Shown here piece by piece: positions 38,780 to 48,617 of a stretch of 64,000 bases of DNA (its first letter is position 1; each line of letters begins with the position of its first letter). The stretch spans positions 21,224 to 85,223 of the forward strand of contig CAZERI010000003.1 of NCBI GenBank assembly GCA_964515545.1, written 5' to 3'. The notes beneath the pieces are model-generated. The model was given only the letters and a program-made list of their open reading frames with translations. It was not told the DNA's origin and searched no databases. The translations under genes and the position numbers were made by a program. The DNA comes from an uncultured Gammaproteobacteria bacterium. Lineage in GTDB: Bacteria > Patescibacteriota > Microgenomatia > Levybacterales > UBA12049.

Positions 38780-39449
38780 ACCATTAACAATTGCTATCGA
38801 CGGTCCAGTTGGATCGGGGAAAGGAACTCTTTCTCTTGCATTAAGTAAAAAGCTTGGGATCTTATACCTTTATACAGGAGGTATGTATAGAGCGTTAACG
38901 CTAGCATGCCTGAGAAGAGGTGTTAGATTGTCTGACGAAAAAGCTGTAGTAGATGTCCTCGCGACATGCAATCTCCATTTACAAGTCTCAGCTGGAGACA
39001 CAGTAATTTATTTAGGGGATGAGGATGTTACAGAAGCAATCATAAGGCCTGAGGTTAGTAACCAGACACCAATAGTTGCCTCCCATCCTAAAGTACGTGA
39101 AGAGATGGTAAGGAGACAAAAAGAAATTGTAGAAGGTCACCCAGCAGTTATTGAAGGACGTGATATCGCAACTGTTGTTGCACCCAATGCACAGGTCAAG
39201 ATTTTCCTTACTGCCTCACTCGAAGCTCGCTCTCTTAGACGATTTGAACAATTTAAAGAGCGGGGAATTCAAAAGACATACGAGGAAGTCCTCTCTGATA
39301 CAAAGAACAGAGATCATCTCGATGAGAACAGAGATACGTCTCCTCTTGAAAAGCATGATGGAACGATTGAAATTGATACAACAGCTGATAGAGTTGACCA
39401 GACTGTAGCAAAAGTAATGGATATTTTAAAGGAGCGCCAATTTATATGA
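38772..39449 (+). CDS. cmk: cytidylate kinase
   Basis: IAIDGPVGSGKGT P-loop and Cmk-like length. Confidence 0.75.
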   Translation: MNKPLTIAIDGPVGSGKGTLSLALSKKLGILYLYTGGMYRALTLACLRRGVRLSDEKAVVDVLATCNLHLQVSAGDTVIYLGDEDVTEAIIRPEVSNQTPIVASHPKVREEMVRRQKEIVEGHPAVIEGRDIATVVAPNAQVKIFLTASLEARSLRRFEQFKERGIQKTYEEVLSDTKNRDHLDENRDTSPLEKHDGTIEIDTTADRVDQTVAKVMDILKERQFI

Positions 39450-40207
39450 TTGATATTAAAAATAAAAAAGAAATAGAAAGTATGAAAAAAGGAGGGCATA
39501 TGCTTTCTGTTGCTCTATCTACAGCTTTATCAGCTGTAAAGGAAGGAATAACTGAGGCAGAGCTTGATAAAATTGCTGAGAAGTCTATTCGGGATCAAGG
39601 AGGAGAGCCAGGGTTTATGAAGGTTCCTGGCTATAAGCACACAATTTGTACAGCAACTAACGAAATTATCGTCCATGGAATTCCCGGCGAATACAGATTG
39701 AAAAAAGGTGATGTGATATGTATCGATTGCGGAGTCTATCTAGACGGTCTTCACACTGATATGGCCGATACAATTATTGTTGGCGGGGAAAAAGAAGGCT
39801 CTAAAGAAGTCCAAAAATTTCTTGAAATTGGTGAAAAGGCTATGTGGGAAGGGATTAAAAAAGCACGAGCAGGTAATCGAGTTGGTCATATCTCCCAGGC
39901 AATACAAGAGATTGTAGAAGGAAATGGTTATAGTATTGTCCGTACGTTAGTAGGACATGGTGTTGGTAAGGAACTCCATGAAGAGCCTGAGGTCCCAGGT
40001 TTTCTTATTGGTAAGATTGAAAAGACTCCTCTGCTTAAAGAAGGAATGACTATAGCTGTTGAAGTAATTTATGCCATGGGAGATTCTGATGTAGTGTATG
40101 CTAATAACGATGGATGGACTATAAAAACTGCTGATAATAGTCTCTCAGCTGTTTTTGAGCGGACTATTTTGATAACCAAAGCTGAGCCCTTAGTACTAAC
40201 AGTGTGA
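39446..40207 (+). CDS. map: methionine aminopeptidase type I
   Basis: Pita-bread fold motifs. Metal ligands D..D..H..E..E pattern (VIHGIPG; DCGV; HGVG). Confidence 0.85.
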   Translation: MIDIKNKKEIESMKKGGHMLSVALSTALSAVKEGITEAELDKIAEKSIRDQGGEPGFMKVPGYKHTICTATNEIIVHGIPGEYRLKKGDVICIDCGVYLDGLHTDMADTIIVGGEKEGSKEVQKFLEIGEKAMWEGIKKARAGNRVGHISQAIQEIVEGNGYSIVRTLVGHGVGKELHEEPEVPGFLIGKIEKTPLLKEGMTIAVEVIYAMGDSDVVYANNDGWTIKTADNSLSAVFERTILITKAEPLVLTV

Positions 40208-40378
40208 GTAGTTGCTCTTTTGAGGCTGGTTTGCTATAATAACCCTACTTGACGCGAATACGTCCTGCTGTTTTTGATTCGCGAGCATTACTAGCTCTCG
40301 GTTGCCCTTCATAAAGCCAATCGAATAAGGAGTGCGGACACAATAACAGCTGTGAACGATCGCGTTGTTCGTGATTAT

Positions 40379-40597
40379 ATGGCACATCAAGGATCGATTG
40401 AGAAAGAAGGAGTTGTTCGTGAAGCTTTACCAAATACTCTTTTTAGAGTTGAATTAGAGGATGGATCGATAGTTCTCTGCCATCTTTCAGGAAAGATGCG
40501 TATTCATTTTATTAAGATCCTTCCTGGAGATAAGGTAAGAATTGAAGTAACACCTTACGATCCTGGTAAAGGCAGAATTACCTATAGGGTTCGATAA
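40379..40597 (+). CDS. infA: translation initiation factor IF-1 (start ambiguous: GTG 40352 or ATG 40379)
   Basis: S1-like OB fold [13 protein letters not shown]...GKMR...ILPGDKV. Confidence 0.8.
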   Translation: MAHQGSIEKEGVVREALPNTLFRVELEDGSIVLCHLSGKMRIHFIKILPGDKVRIEVTPYDPGKGRITYRVR

Positions 40598-40612
40598 TTA
40601 AAGGAGAAAATA

Positions 40613-40726
40613 ATGAAAGTTCAAGCAAGTGTTAAAAAAAGATGTAATAAATGTAAAATAATTCGTCGAAGAGGCGTTGTTTATATTATTTGTGAGACAG
40701 CAAAACATAAGCAGCGACAAGGATAA
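40613..40726 (+). CDS. rpmJ: 50S ribosomal protein L36 (not in ORF track)
   Basis: [37 protein letters not shown], preceded by an AAGGAG RBS. Confidence 0.85.
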   Translation: MKVQASVKKRCNKCKIIRRRGVVYIICETAKHKQRQG

Positions 40727-40730
40727 ATTT

Positions 40731-41135
40731 ATGCGTATTGCAGGAGTAACATTACCAGATAATAAAAGAGTAGATATTGCACTTACCTATCTTTATGGGA
40801 TTGGTCGCAGTAACGTAAAAGGTGTTCTAACATCCGCAAAAATTGATGGAGCAGTAAGAGTTAAGGATCTTTCAGAAGAAGATCAGAAGAGTATTACTAA
40901 AGCTCTCGAAACGATCAAAGTTGAGGGAGATCTCCGTACAGAAGTAAATGCAGATATTCGTCGTTTGAAAGAGTCTGGGATGTATAGAGGAATCCGTCAT
41001 ATTAAAGGTTTACCATCTCGTGGACAGCGCACTAAGTCAAATGCCCGCACAAAACGAGGAAAGAGAATGACAATTGGAGCTATCAAGAAAGAAATGGCAG
41101 CAAAAATTGAGGCTGCAGCTAAAGCAAAAGCATAA
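40731..41135 (+). CDS. rpsM: 30S ribosomal protein S13 (start adjusted to MRIAGV)
   Basis: MRIAGVTLPDNKRV...YGIG signature. Confidence 0.9.
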   Translation: MRIAGVTLPDNKRVDIALTYLYGIGRSNVKGVLTSAKIDGAVRVKDLSEEDQKSITKALETIKVEGDLRTEVNADIRRLKESGMYRGIRHIKGLPSRGQRTKSNARTKRGKRMTIGAIKKEMAAKIEAAAKAKA

Positions 41136-41149
41136 ACTTTATATAAACT

Positions 41150-41548
41150 ATGGCAGCTAAAAAGACAACAAAAACAACTAAAAAAAGATCAACACTCGTT
41201 GTAGGTGAGCATGGGCGTGTCTATGTGACAGCAACTTTTAATAACTCTCTAGTAAGTATCACTAACGATAAAGGAGATATTATTTCATGGAGTTCAGCTG
41301 GTAATGCAGGTTTTAAAGGAACTCGGAAGTCTACTCCATATGCAGCCTCACTTGCAGTTGAAAACGCAGCACGTAAGGCTTTAGCATCAGGCTTGAAGTC
41401 AGTAGATGTTTTTGTCAAAGGCCCAGGATCAGGTCGAGATTCATCACTGCGTGCAATTAAAAGTGCAGGGCTCTCAATTACTTCGATTGCTGATATTACT
41501 CCTATTCCACACAATGGCCCTCGGGCTAAGAAAAAGAGGAGAATTTAA
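41150..41548 (+). CDS. rpsK: 30S ribosomal protein S11
   Basis: S11 core (ATFNNSLVSITN...GFKGTRKSTPYAA). Confidence 0.9.
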   Translation: MAAKKTTKTTKKRSTLVVGEHGRVYVTATFNNSLVSITNDKGDIISWSSAGNAGFKGTRKSTPYAASLAVENAARKALASGLKSVDVFVKGPGSGRDSSLRAIKSAGLSITSIADITPIPHNGPRAKKKRRI

Positions 41549-41551
41549 CCT

Positions 41552-42157
41552 ATGGCACGTTATACAGGACCAAAACATAGATTAGCACGTAGAGAAGGAG
41601 TTAATTTGCTGGATAAATCTTCTGCAAGTTTACAAAGACGTTTGAATATCAAGCCAGGTATGCATGGTGCTAAGAAGAGTCGACGTCGTCTTTCTGAGTA
41701 CGGCCAACAGTTGAGAGAAAAGCAAAAAGCAAAAACAATGTACGGTGTTTTGGAGAAACAATTTAAAAGACTTGTTACTAATTTAGAAAAACAGAAAGGT
41801 GATACCGGGGAGTTGATGTTATCCCTTCTTGAAACAAGACTTGATAATGTAGTGTATCGGCTTGGTTTTGCAAAAACACGCTTTCAAGCCCGTCAGTTCG
41901 TCTCACATGGTCATATCAAGGTTAATGGGAAAAAATTAACAATTCCTTCTTATCAAGTAAAAATAAGTGACGTTATTGAGATCGATGATAAAATGCAAAA
42001 GACAGCTGATGTTATTAAGCTCATGCAAGAGAAGGCGGAATTAGTTTCTTTTGTAACACGTGAGGGTACTCAAGGAAAGCTTACACGCATGCCCAAAAGT
42101 GAAGATATCGTTGTTCCATTCAATACTCAACAGATTATTGAATATTATTCAAGATAA
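41552..42157 (+). CDS. rpsD: 30S ribosomal protein S4
   Basis: MARYTGPKHRLARREG N-terminus. Confidence 0.9.
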   Translation: MARYTGPKHRLARREGVNLLDKSSASLQRRLNIKPGMHGAKKSRRRLSEYGQQLREKQKAKTMYGVLEKQFKRLVTNLEKQKGDTGELMLSLLETRLDNVVYRLGFAKTRFQARQFVSHGHIKVNGKKLTIPSYQVKISDVIEIDDKMQKTADVIKLMQEKAELVSFVTREGTQGKLTRMPKSEDIVVPFNTQQIIEYYSR

Positions 42158-42172
42158 TGATACAATATATCA

Positions 42173-43117
42173 TTGTCTCTCAAGGCTAATATGGAAAACA
42201 CACCATTTACAGTAAAAGAAATCGTAAATGCAGCTGGCTATGGCGAGTTCGTTATTGAACCTTTGGAGCCTGGTTATGGCTACACTATTGGTAACGCGCT
42301 TCGTCGTGTTCTTTACACATCTATTCCAGGAGCTGCTGTTACTGCATTAAAGATTAATGGAGTTAAGCATAAATTCTCAACAGTTGATGGACTTAAGGAA
42401 AATATTATAGATCTTATCCTTAATATTAAAGAGCTCAATCTTAAATTAGCTGAAGGCCGTGATCAAGCAACGATTAAGTTGTCTGCTAAAGGTCCTATGG
42501 AGATCACAGGAGCTAATTTCGAAGAGACTGATGGTGTTGAGGTAATGAATAAAGATCATTACATCGGTTCTCTCTCCGGTAAATCAGCAAAATTAGATAT
42601 GGAGCTTACTGTTGAACGGGGGATGGGATATTCACTTGCTGAGGATCGTAAATCTTCAACTGTAGGTATTGTTCAGACAGATGCTATCTTTTCACCTATT
42701 CGACGTGTTACTTATACAGTAGAGGCAACACGTGTGGGTCAGCGAACTAATCTTGATAAATTAACAATGAAGATTTGGACAAATGGAACGGTTGATCCGA
42801 AAGATGCTCTTGAGAGATCTGCTCGTCTCTTAGCAAATTCTTTCCTTCAAGTATATGAACCTCAGACAACAGAAGTTACAGAAGAAGAGTCAGCTCCAGT
42901 ATCTACTCTTCCCTCAGCAGTAGCAAAAATGACAATTGATGAGCTAGATCTTCCAACAAGAATTTACAATAGTCTTCGTAACGGCGGTATCGAGACAGTA
43001 GAGCAGCTGCTCCAAACTCCACGTAAGGATCTTATCTCTATGCGTAATATGGGTGGTAAATCAATCTCAGTTATAGAAGAAAAGTTACAAGAAAAAGGTA
43101 TCTCTTTCTCAATTTAA
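42173..43117 (+). CDS. rpoA: DNA-directed RNA polymerase alpha subunit
   Basis: NTD motifs (EPLEPGYGYTIGNALRRVL) and C-terminal HhH CTD. Confidence 0.9.
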   Translation: MSLKANMENTPFTVKEIVNAAGYGEFVIEPLEPGYGYTIGNALRRVLYTSIPGAAVTALKINGVKHKFSTVDGLKENIIDLILNIKELNLKLAEGRDQATIKLSAKGPMEITGANFEETDGVEVMNKDHYIGSLSGKSAKLDMELTVERGMGYSLAEDRKSSTVGIVQTDAIFSPIRRVTYTVEATRVGQRTNLDKLTMKIWTNGTVDPKDALERSARLLANSFLQVYEPQTTEVTEEESAPVSTLPSAVAKMTIDELDLPTRIYNSLRNGGIETVEQLLQTPRKDLISMRNMGGKSISVIEEKLQEKGISFSI

Positions 43118-43234
43118 GTGATCTCAAATCTTAAGTCTCAAATGTTGAATCTGCATCTGTAAATCTCTTACTTGAAGGTTGATTTAAGATTTTTTATAGA
43201 TTCGCGATTGAGAAATAAGAATTGAGATTTTTTT

Positions 43235-43759
43235 ATGAAAAAACAAATTTTTGGCCGACAATTAAAGCGTGATACAAATGAAAGAAAAGCACTTTTCAAG
43301 GGGCTTGTTTCTTCGTTGACTATGTACGAGAGGATTGAGACTACCGAAGAAAAAGCAAAGGCTATCAAAGGACATGTCGAAAAGTTAGTAACTAAGGCAA
43401 AGAAGAATGATAGTGTCCAAGCGCGTCAACTGCTTCAGGCATATCTTACTAATGAAGCGTTGCAAAAATTGGTGACAGATGTTGCTCCGCGTTTTGTTGA
43501 TCGTCCGGGTGGATATACACGAATCATAAAAATTGGTAATCGCTTTTCCGATAATGCGTCAATGGTTATTATGGAATGGGTTGAAAAAGGAACAAAAGTA
43601 GAAATAGTTTCTCCAAAAGGTAAAAAGACTCCAATAAAGAACGATATAGTAGAAAGTGAAATGAAAGCTGCAAAGCCAAAGAAAGCTGCTAAGTCATCTC
43701 CTAAAAAGGCAGTTAAAGCAGCATCTAAAAAAGAAGCAGCAAAGAAAGTAACAAAATAA
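43235..43759 (+). CDS. rplQ: 50S ribosomal protein L17 with Lys/Ala-rich C-terminal tail
   Basis: L17 core, then a KAAKPKKAAKSSPKKAVKAASKK tail. Confidence 0.85.
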   Translation: MKKQIFGRQLKRDTNERKALFKGLVSSLTMYERIETTEEKAKAIKGHVEKLVTKAKKNDSVQARQLLQAYLTNEALQKLVTDVAPRFVDRPGGYTRIIKIGNRFSDNASMVIMEWVEKGTKVEIVSPKGKKTPIKNDIVESEMKAAKPKKAAKSSPKKAVKAASKKEAAKKVTK

Positions 43760-43760
43760 T

Positions 43761-44192
43761 ATGCAGACAAAATCCACTAAACAATCTGAAATCAAACATG
43801 CATGGCATTTAGTTGATGTTAACGACCAGACACTTGGTCGCATCTCAACTATTATAGCTAAGCATCTTATGGGTAAGGCAAAGCCTAACTTTGTCCGAAA
43901 CCTGGATTGTGGAGATTATGTCGTAGTAGTTAATGCTAAATCAGTTAAAGTAACTGGGAAAAAGGAAGAGGATAAAGTATATGCTCGACATTCGGGGTAT
44001 CCAGGTGGATATCATAGTGAGACGTTGAAGGAATTACGTGATCGGAAGCCAGAGGATATCATTCGGCACGCAGTAAAGGGTATGTTGCCTGACAATAGGC
44101 TTCGTGATAAAATGCTCAAAAGAATGTTTGTCTTTGCAGGATCAGAGCATACTTATACTGATAAATTCGGCAAGACTGAGGAGACTAAATAA
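43761..44192 (+). CDS. rplM: 50S ribosomal protein L13
   Basis: WHLVDVNDQTLGR N-terminal signature. Confidence 0.9.
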   Translation: MQTKSTKQSEIKHAWHLVDVNDQTLGRISTIIAKHLMGKAKPNFVRNLDCGDYVVVVNAKSVKVTGKKEEDKVYARHSGYPGGYHSETLKELRDRKPEDIIRHAVKGMLPDNRLRDKMLKRMFVFAGSEHTYTDKFGKTEETK

Positions 44193-44194
44193 CT

Positions 44195-44674
44195 ATGGCA
44201 GCTAAAACTAAAACAGTTGAGATCAAAAAAAATAGCGAGAAGAAGGATTACACCTTTGCAGTTGGAAGACGGAAAGAGGCAGTAGCCAGAGTAAGACTTT
44301 ACGAGACATTAAAGGAAGGTATGACGTGGGGTGAGACAGTGGTAAAGAAAGGCGATATTATCGTTAATCAAAAAGCTATTTCAGAGTACTTTCCTGGAGA
44401 TGTTAATAGATTCCGCTACACAGAGCCTCTCCGTGTTGCTAATGCTCAAAATAAATATACTATTACAGTAAGAGTCGTTGGGGGTGGACAAGTTGGGCAG
44501 CTTGATGCAGTTGTAGCAGGGCTTGCCAACGCACTTGCTAAAGCAGATACAGCCAACTTCCGTCCTATTCTTAAAAATGAAGGCTTTTTGACAAGAGATG
44601 CACGTATTCGGGAACGTCGTAAAGTTGGTACTGGTGGGAAAGCACGCCGTGCTAAGCAGTCACCAAAGCGTTAA
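44195..44674 (+). CDS. rpsI: 30S ribosomal protein S9
   Basis: C-terminal GGKARRAKQSPKR. Confidence 0.9.
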   Translation: MAAKTKTVEIKKNSEKKDYTFAVGRRKEAVARVRLYETLKEGMTWGETVVKKGDIIVNQKAISEYFPGDVNRFRYTEPLRVANAQNKYTITVRVVGGGQVGQLDAVVAGLANALAKADTANFRPILKNEGFLTRDARIRERRKVGTGGKARRAKQSPKR

Positions 44675-45300
44675 ACTTCAATTGTCTCTCCATTTTTTAT
44701 TCCCTTAAACTCAATTCCCTCATCCCTAAATGCTTTTGTGAGACTTGGGTAGAGAAAAGACTCAATTGCTTCATCTTTCATCATAGCATCATGGATTGGG
44801 ATAATAATTTTAGCTTTTACTGCTAATGCTTTAGTAAAAGCTTGAACGCTACTTCCCCACGGAGCATCTACAGGAAGAGCAAGGATTGGAGCGGTTGTTG
44901 GGAATTGGAAGGAATCACCAGGATGAGTAAGACGAGTAAAAATAGTAAATGAAATATTTTCTGTCATCGGTCCTTTAAAAAACATTTTTTCGTGAGGAGA
45001 ATCAGCAAGTTGTACTATGCTAGTAGTTTGCTCTCCAATTGTAATATTTTCTTCTGAAAGCTTTTCTTTGACTGAGTGAGTCCCTATTATTGTGACAGTT
45101 GGATGATTACTAAAGAGGGATTTTATGAGAGGTATAGAGAAATGATCAAAATGGTCATGTGTTATGAGGATATAATCAAGTTTAGGAAGAGCAAGTAACC
45201 TATCTTGGAATTGCTCAGAGTAAATGCCTGGGTCAATGAGTACAAAAACTCCCTTTTCCTCAATTAACAAACAAGAATGAGCATATTTAGTAATTCTCAT
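44671..45300 (-). CDS. MBL-fold metallo-hydrolase
   Basis: ITHDHFDHF (HxHxDH) metal-binding motif. Confidence 0.7.
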   Translation of the reverse strand: MRITKYAHSCLLIEEKGVFVLIDPGIYSEQFQDRLLALPKLDYILITHDHFDHFSIPLIKSLFSNHPTVTIIGTHSVKEKLSEENITIGEQTTSIVQLADSPHEKMFFKGPMTENISFTIFTRLTHPGDSFQFPTTAPILALPVDAPWGSSVQAFTKALAVKAKIIIPIHDAMMKDEAIESFLYPSLTKAFRDEGIEFKGIKNGETIEV

Positions 45301-45319
45301 GAATACCTATGATTATATA

Positions 45320-45898
45320 TTATTTAGCAATATCGATTTCCTGAGCCTTTCCTAAACTTTGAATATCTTCCATTAAAGTATGCTTAGGAAGCTTAGTGAG
45401 ATCAATTCCCTCTTTATTAGCAACGACTAATCCCTGGATAATGATTCGTGCCATACAAGCATCATTTTTTTTAAGGTTATCAACTTGAATCGAATTCTCG
45501 ATATAACTACTATCAATGATGCGAAGAGAAGCAAAGATAAGGCTAGTCTGAACAAAGACATCTGCGACATTTTTTATGGGAATTGTTTGGAGGTGAGCTG
45601 TAGCGAAGAAAAATCTCTTTATTACGTTAATCTGCGTTATCTCTATGCTGATTTCGTCCGTAAAAAAATCAAAAGGGAACACGGAATTAATCTTAAATAA
45701 GGTGTGAGTAGATGCTTCTACGAGGTTGTGAAATCTATCTTTATTTATTTCTTCTATTTTAATCTTCTCCTTTTTTGCATCATTAAGCCCCTGAGACTCA
45801 TCCTTTTTAAGGAGTAAATGAGGTGGTGAGGTGGATCGGTATAAACGCTCATACCGCTTATAGCCCAAGCTATCTTTATAGAGTGATCTATGCTGCAT
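45320..45898 (-). CDS. hypothetical protein
   Basis: Clean ORF co-directional with the MBL gene. No motif recognised. Confidence 0.4.
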   Translation of the reverse strand: MQHRSLYKDSLGYKRYERLYRSTSPPHLLLKKDESQGLNDAKKEKIKIEEINKDRFHNLVEASTHTLFKINSVFPFDFFTDEISIEITQINVIKRFFFATAHLQTIPIKNVADVFVQTSLIFASLRIIDSSYIENSIQVDNLKKNDACMARIIIQGLVVANKEGIDLTKLPKHTLMEDIQSLGKAQEIDIAK

Positions 45899-45972
45899 AC
45901 ATTATCCTAACCATATTACCGTAAGAATTTCATCAGTTGGGAGCAAGGAAAAAGTATGAGTAAAAGGAGAAG

Positions 45973-46560
45973 TTAATCTAGTACGAGTTCTTGGGTGAGA
46001 AGATATCCCCACATAATCGCAGCAGGGAGAAGGTTATCAAATTTTTCTGAATTAAATTCGTATCCTTTCAAGGGGAATCTACGAAGATAATGCGGTGTAT
46101 TAAGTTGAGTTATAAAAAGCTCCATTACCTGGCTTACCGGAGGTTTAACTTTGATTCCCTCAGATAGGATCTTACCAATTCTGTTTCGTGCTTCACGAAT
46201 AACTTCCTCATCCTTGCTAATTTTATAAGGAGAGTAACCTTTCTTAAGGCTTCTCTCTTTAAGGTAGATCTGGACTCCGCACGTCATAGCTAAGTGGATC
46301 ATTGCATAGAGACGTGTCTTTTTTGCTTCCTCAGGGGTCGGAATTGGAGAATATAGGAGCTGAGTAAAAATATTAGCTGCATTATGGCAGTGTTTTATTA
46401 TTTCCTCAGGTAAGTAAAATTTGGATAGAGTACTATCGTTTGTGTATTGGTCCATGGAATAGACTATATCTTCCCAAATTCTTTGAACCGTGGAATTAAT
46501 AACTTGTTCCTCTTGATCGGGCAGTCTTTTCATAGGCAAAAAAGATTTCTTTATTAGCAT
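45973..46560 (-). CDS. hypothetical protein
   Basis: First gene of the three-gene minus-strand unit. No motif recognised. Confidence 0.4.
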   Translation of the reverse strand: MLIKKSFLPMKRLPDQEEQVINSTVQRIWEDIVYSMDQYTNDSTLSKFYLPEEIIKHCHNAANIFTQLLYSPIPTPEEAKKTRLYAMIHLAMTCGVQIYLKERSLKKGYSPYKISKDEEVIREARNRIGKILSEGIKVKPPVSQVMELFITQLNTPHYLRRFPLKGYEFNSEKFDNLLPAAIMWGYLLTQELVLD

Positions 46561-46583
46561 ACACAGACTGATTAAAAAAAAGC

Positions 46584-46600
46584 AAGCAGATCAGCTGCTT
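46584..46600. promoter_or_regulatory. palindrome AAGCAG-atcag-CTGCTT in the divergent promoter region, with TATAAT at 46607-46612 only 7 nt from the ATG at 46620
   Basis: Inverted repeat read directly. Geometry suggests an operator and a leaderless transcript. Confidence 0.3.
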
Positions 46601-46619
46601 TTCTTTTATAATAGTTGGT

Positions 46620-47642
46620 ATGAAGGGACTAATGAAGCTGTTTGTCCAAAATCTAGATGGATTTATTCTGAGAGAGAATTTTCTTATTTCTTCAATTGTT
46701 ACAATTTTTACTATTCGTATCTTTCTAAAACTTACTGATTATCCTCAGCTTAGTGGTGGAGCTGGTCTCCATATAGCTCATCTGCTATGGGGTGGTTTTT
46801 TTATGGCACTCTCTCTTATGCTTTTACTCTCATTTGTAGGAAGAGGAATTATGGGGACATCAGCCATCTTGGGAGGAATAGGGTTTGGTGCATTTATTGA
46901 TGAGTTGGGGAAATTTATAACACAAGATAATAATTATTTCTTTCAGCCAACAATTGCTTTGGTATATGTTATTTTCATTTTAATCTATAGCATTTCTAAG
47001 TCTATAGAAAAATCATCAGTTATTACTCCTAAAGAATACCTTGTTAATGCTCTTAATATGGTAACTGAGGCAGTGGTCAATGATCTTGATAATGAAGAGA
47101 AGAAGAGAGCTCTACTTTATCTCAATAAAAGTGATCAAAAGGATCCGCTGGTTAAAGCATTGAAAGCCTTTTTTGCTGAAGTAGAATCAATTCCAGTCCC
47201 TCCTCCATCGTTTTTTAATAGGATGAGACACGTTATTTGGATGCTATATATAAGACTTACTCAATCAAAGTTACTCAATAAATTAGTTGTTGCTATTCTG
47301 TTGCTCCAATCGCTTTCGTCAATGATAACTTTAGGGTCCGTGTATTACACCAAACAGTCTTTGTCGTTTATACAATCAGGAGAACTAGCTTCGTCTTTAC
47401 TCTCGGGTTTTTGTGTATTAGTTGGAGTTGTGGTAATGCAAAAGTCTAAGGAAAAGGGATTTCGTATTTTTAAAATTGCAGTTCTTATCTCTCTCCTTAT
47501 CACTCAATTCTTCACATTTTACTCTGAACAATTTAGGGCTCTTTTTTTGTTAGCTTTAAATGTCGTTTTGTTAGCGGTAGTAGACTATACCCTTGATCAA
47601 GAAGAGAGAGTTATTCCCTCTCTTCTTAGTGGGAAGAAGTAA
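46620..47642 (+). CDS. polytopic membrane protein, unknown function
   Basis: Multiple hydrophobic helices. No motif. Confidence 0.45.
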   Translation: MKGLMKLFVQNLDGFILRENFLISSIVTIFTIRIFLKLTDYPQLSGGAGLHIAHLLWGGFFMALSLMLLLSFVGRGIMGTSAILGGIGFGAFIDELGKFITQDNNYFFQPTIALVYVIFILIYSISKSIEKSSVITPKEYLVNALNMVTEAVVNDLDNEEKKRALLYLNKSDQKDPLVKALKAFFAEVESIPVPPPSFFNRMRHVIWMLYIRLTQSKLLNKLVVAILLLQSLSSMITLGSVYYTKQSLSFIQSGELASSLLSGFCVLVGVVVMQKSKEKGFRIFKIAVLISLLITQFFTFYSEQFRALFLLALNVVLLAVVDYTLDQEERVIPSLLSGKK

Positions 47643-48552
47643 ATCCAATAAAAATTTCTTGTGACAGCTGTGCCATTTTTTCTGCTGCTGTTTTAGGATC
47701 TTCCGTATCTGAGAGCATAACTAGAATATAATCACCCTTAGGAGTAAATACTATTCCAGCATCGTGCTTTATTGTATTGAGTTCTCCTGTCTTGTGGGCA
47801 ATAGTAATCTCAGGTGGTAGGTATTTTGGAATACGATCATTAATTGCCTGTTTTTTTAGAAGTGAGATCATCTCCTCTGAACTTCCGTAGTTAATCAATT
47901 GGTGGTTATAGAGTTTACGGTAAAAAAGTGCTATATCAGAAGCCGTGGTTACAGGAGGGAGTGATGTCTTAGAGTGGGTAAGCTGGTGTGCTATTAGAAA
48001 TGAATTTATGGTAGGAATTCCTAATTTCTTTGTTAGGAGTAAGGCTGAGTAATTATCAGAGAGAGTAACTGCTTTATCGAGAGCATCCCCCACTGTCATC
48101 TTTATAGTGCCCGACTGTAATTCTGCTTCATCGCTGGCTATATTAAAGGACTTATTCAAGTTTTCTACTGATTCAGAAAGAATATCATTCCGATTCAACT
48201 TCTTATCATTAATAGCTTGGTATACAGCAGCCATTACCCATAATTTATAAAGGCTTGCACTATTATATATTCGATCTGGATTTAGACTGTATGTTTGATT
48301 ATCTTTAAGATCAATAACGACTACGCTATACGTTCCCTCACTATGTGCAACAGAATTTGCTATTTGCTCATCAACTCTTTTTGTAAAGAGGGAAAGGACC
48401 TCTTGGCTACCCTTAGCAACAGAGTCTAAGATAGGGCTTATAATTCTGTCTCGAGAGTCTTTTTCAACAGAGGTAATAAAAAAAATGAAGATCATAGCTA
48501 GAATTGCTGATAAACAAATGAAAAAGAGGAGAAAGATTTTAAGACTTCGCAC
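47626..48552 (-). CDS. membrane-anchored serine hydrolase of the class A beta-lactamase / penicillin-binding protein fold
   Basis: N-terminal TM. SxxK (SLYK), SDN (LSDNYS) and KTG (HKTGEL) motifs in canonical order. Confidence 0.6.
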   Translation of the reverse strand: MRSLKIFLLFFICLSAILAMIFIFFITSVEKDSRDRIISPILDSVAKGSQEVLSLFTKRVDEQIANSVAHSEGTYSVVVIDLKDNQTYSLNPDRIYNSASLYKLWVMAAVYQAINDKKLNRNDILSESVENLNKSFNIASDEAELQSGTIKMTVGDALDKAVTLSDNYSALLLTKKLGIPTINSFLIAHQLTHSKTSLPPVTTASDIALFYRKLYNHQLINYGSSEEMISLLKKQAINDRIPKYLPPEITIAHKTGELNTIKHDAGIVFTPKGDYILVMLSDTEDPKTAAEKMAQLSQEIFIGFTSSH

Positions 48553-48617
48553 GCATCAATACTAACAGAGAGCTACGGTAATCTTCAACGTATAGTTAAT
48601 GGTATAATACAGAAAGT

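Noticed and set aside
40208-40351. A possible small RNA or extra gene in the 144-nt map-infA spacer.
   Set aside because: Only weak, imperfect stems were found. This is most simply the infA promoter and leader, and the start-codon choice (GTG 40352 versus ATG 40379) already explains part of it.
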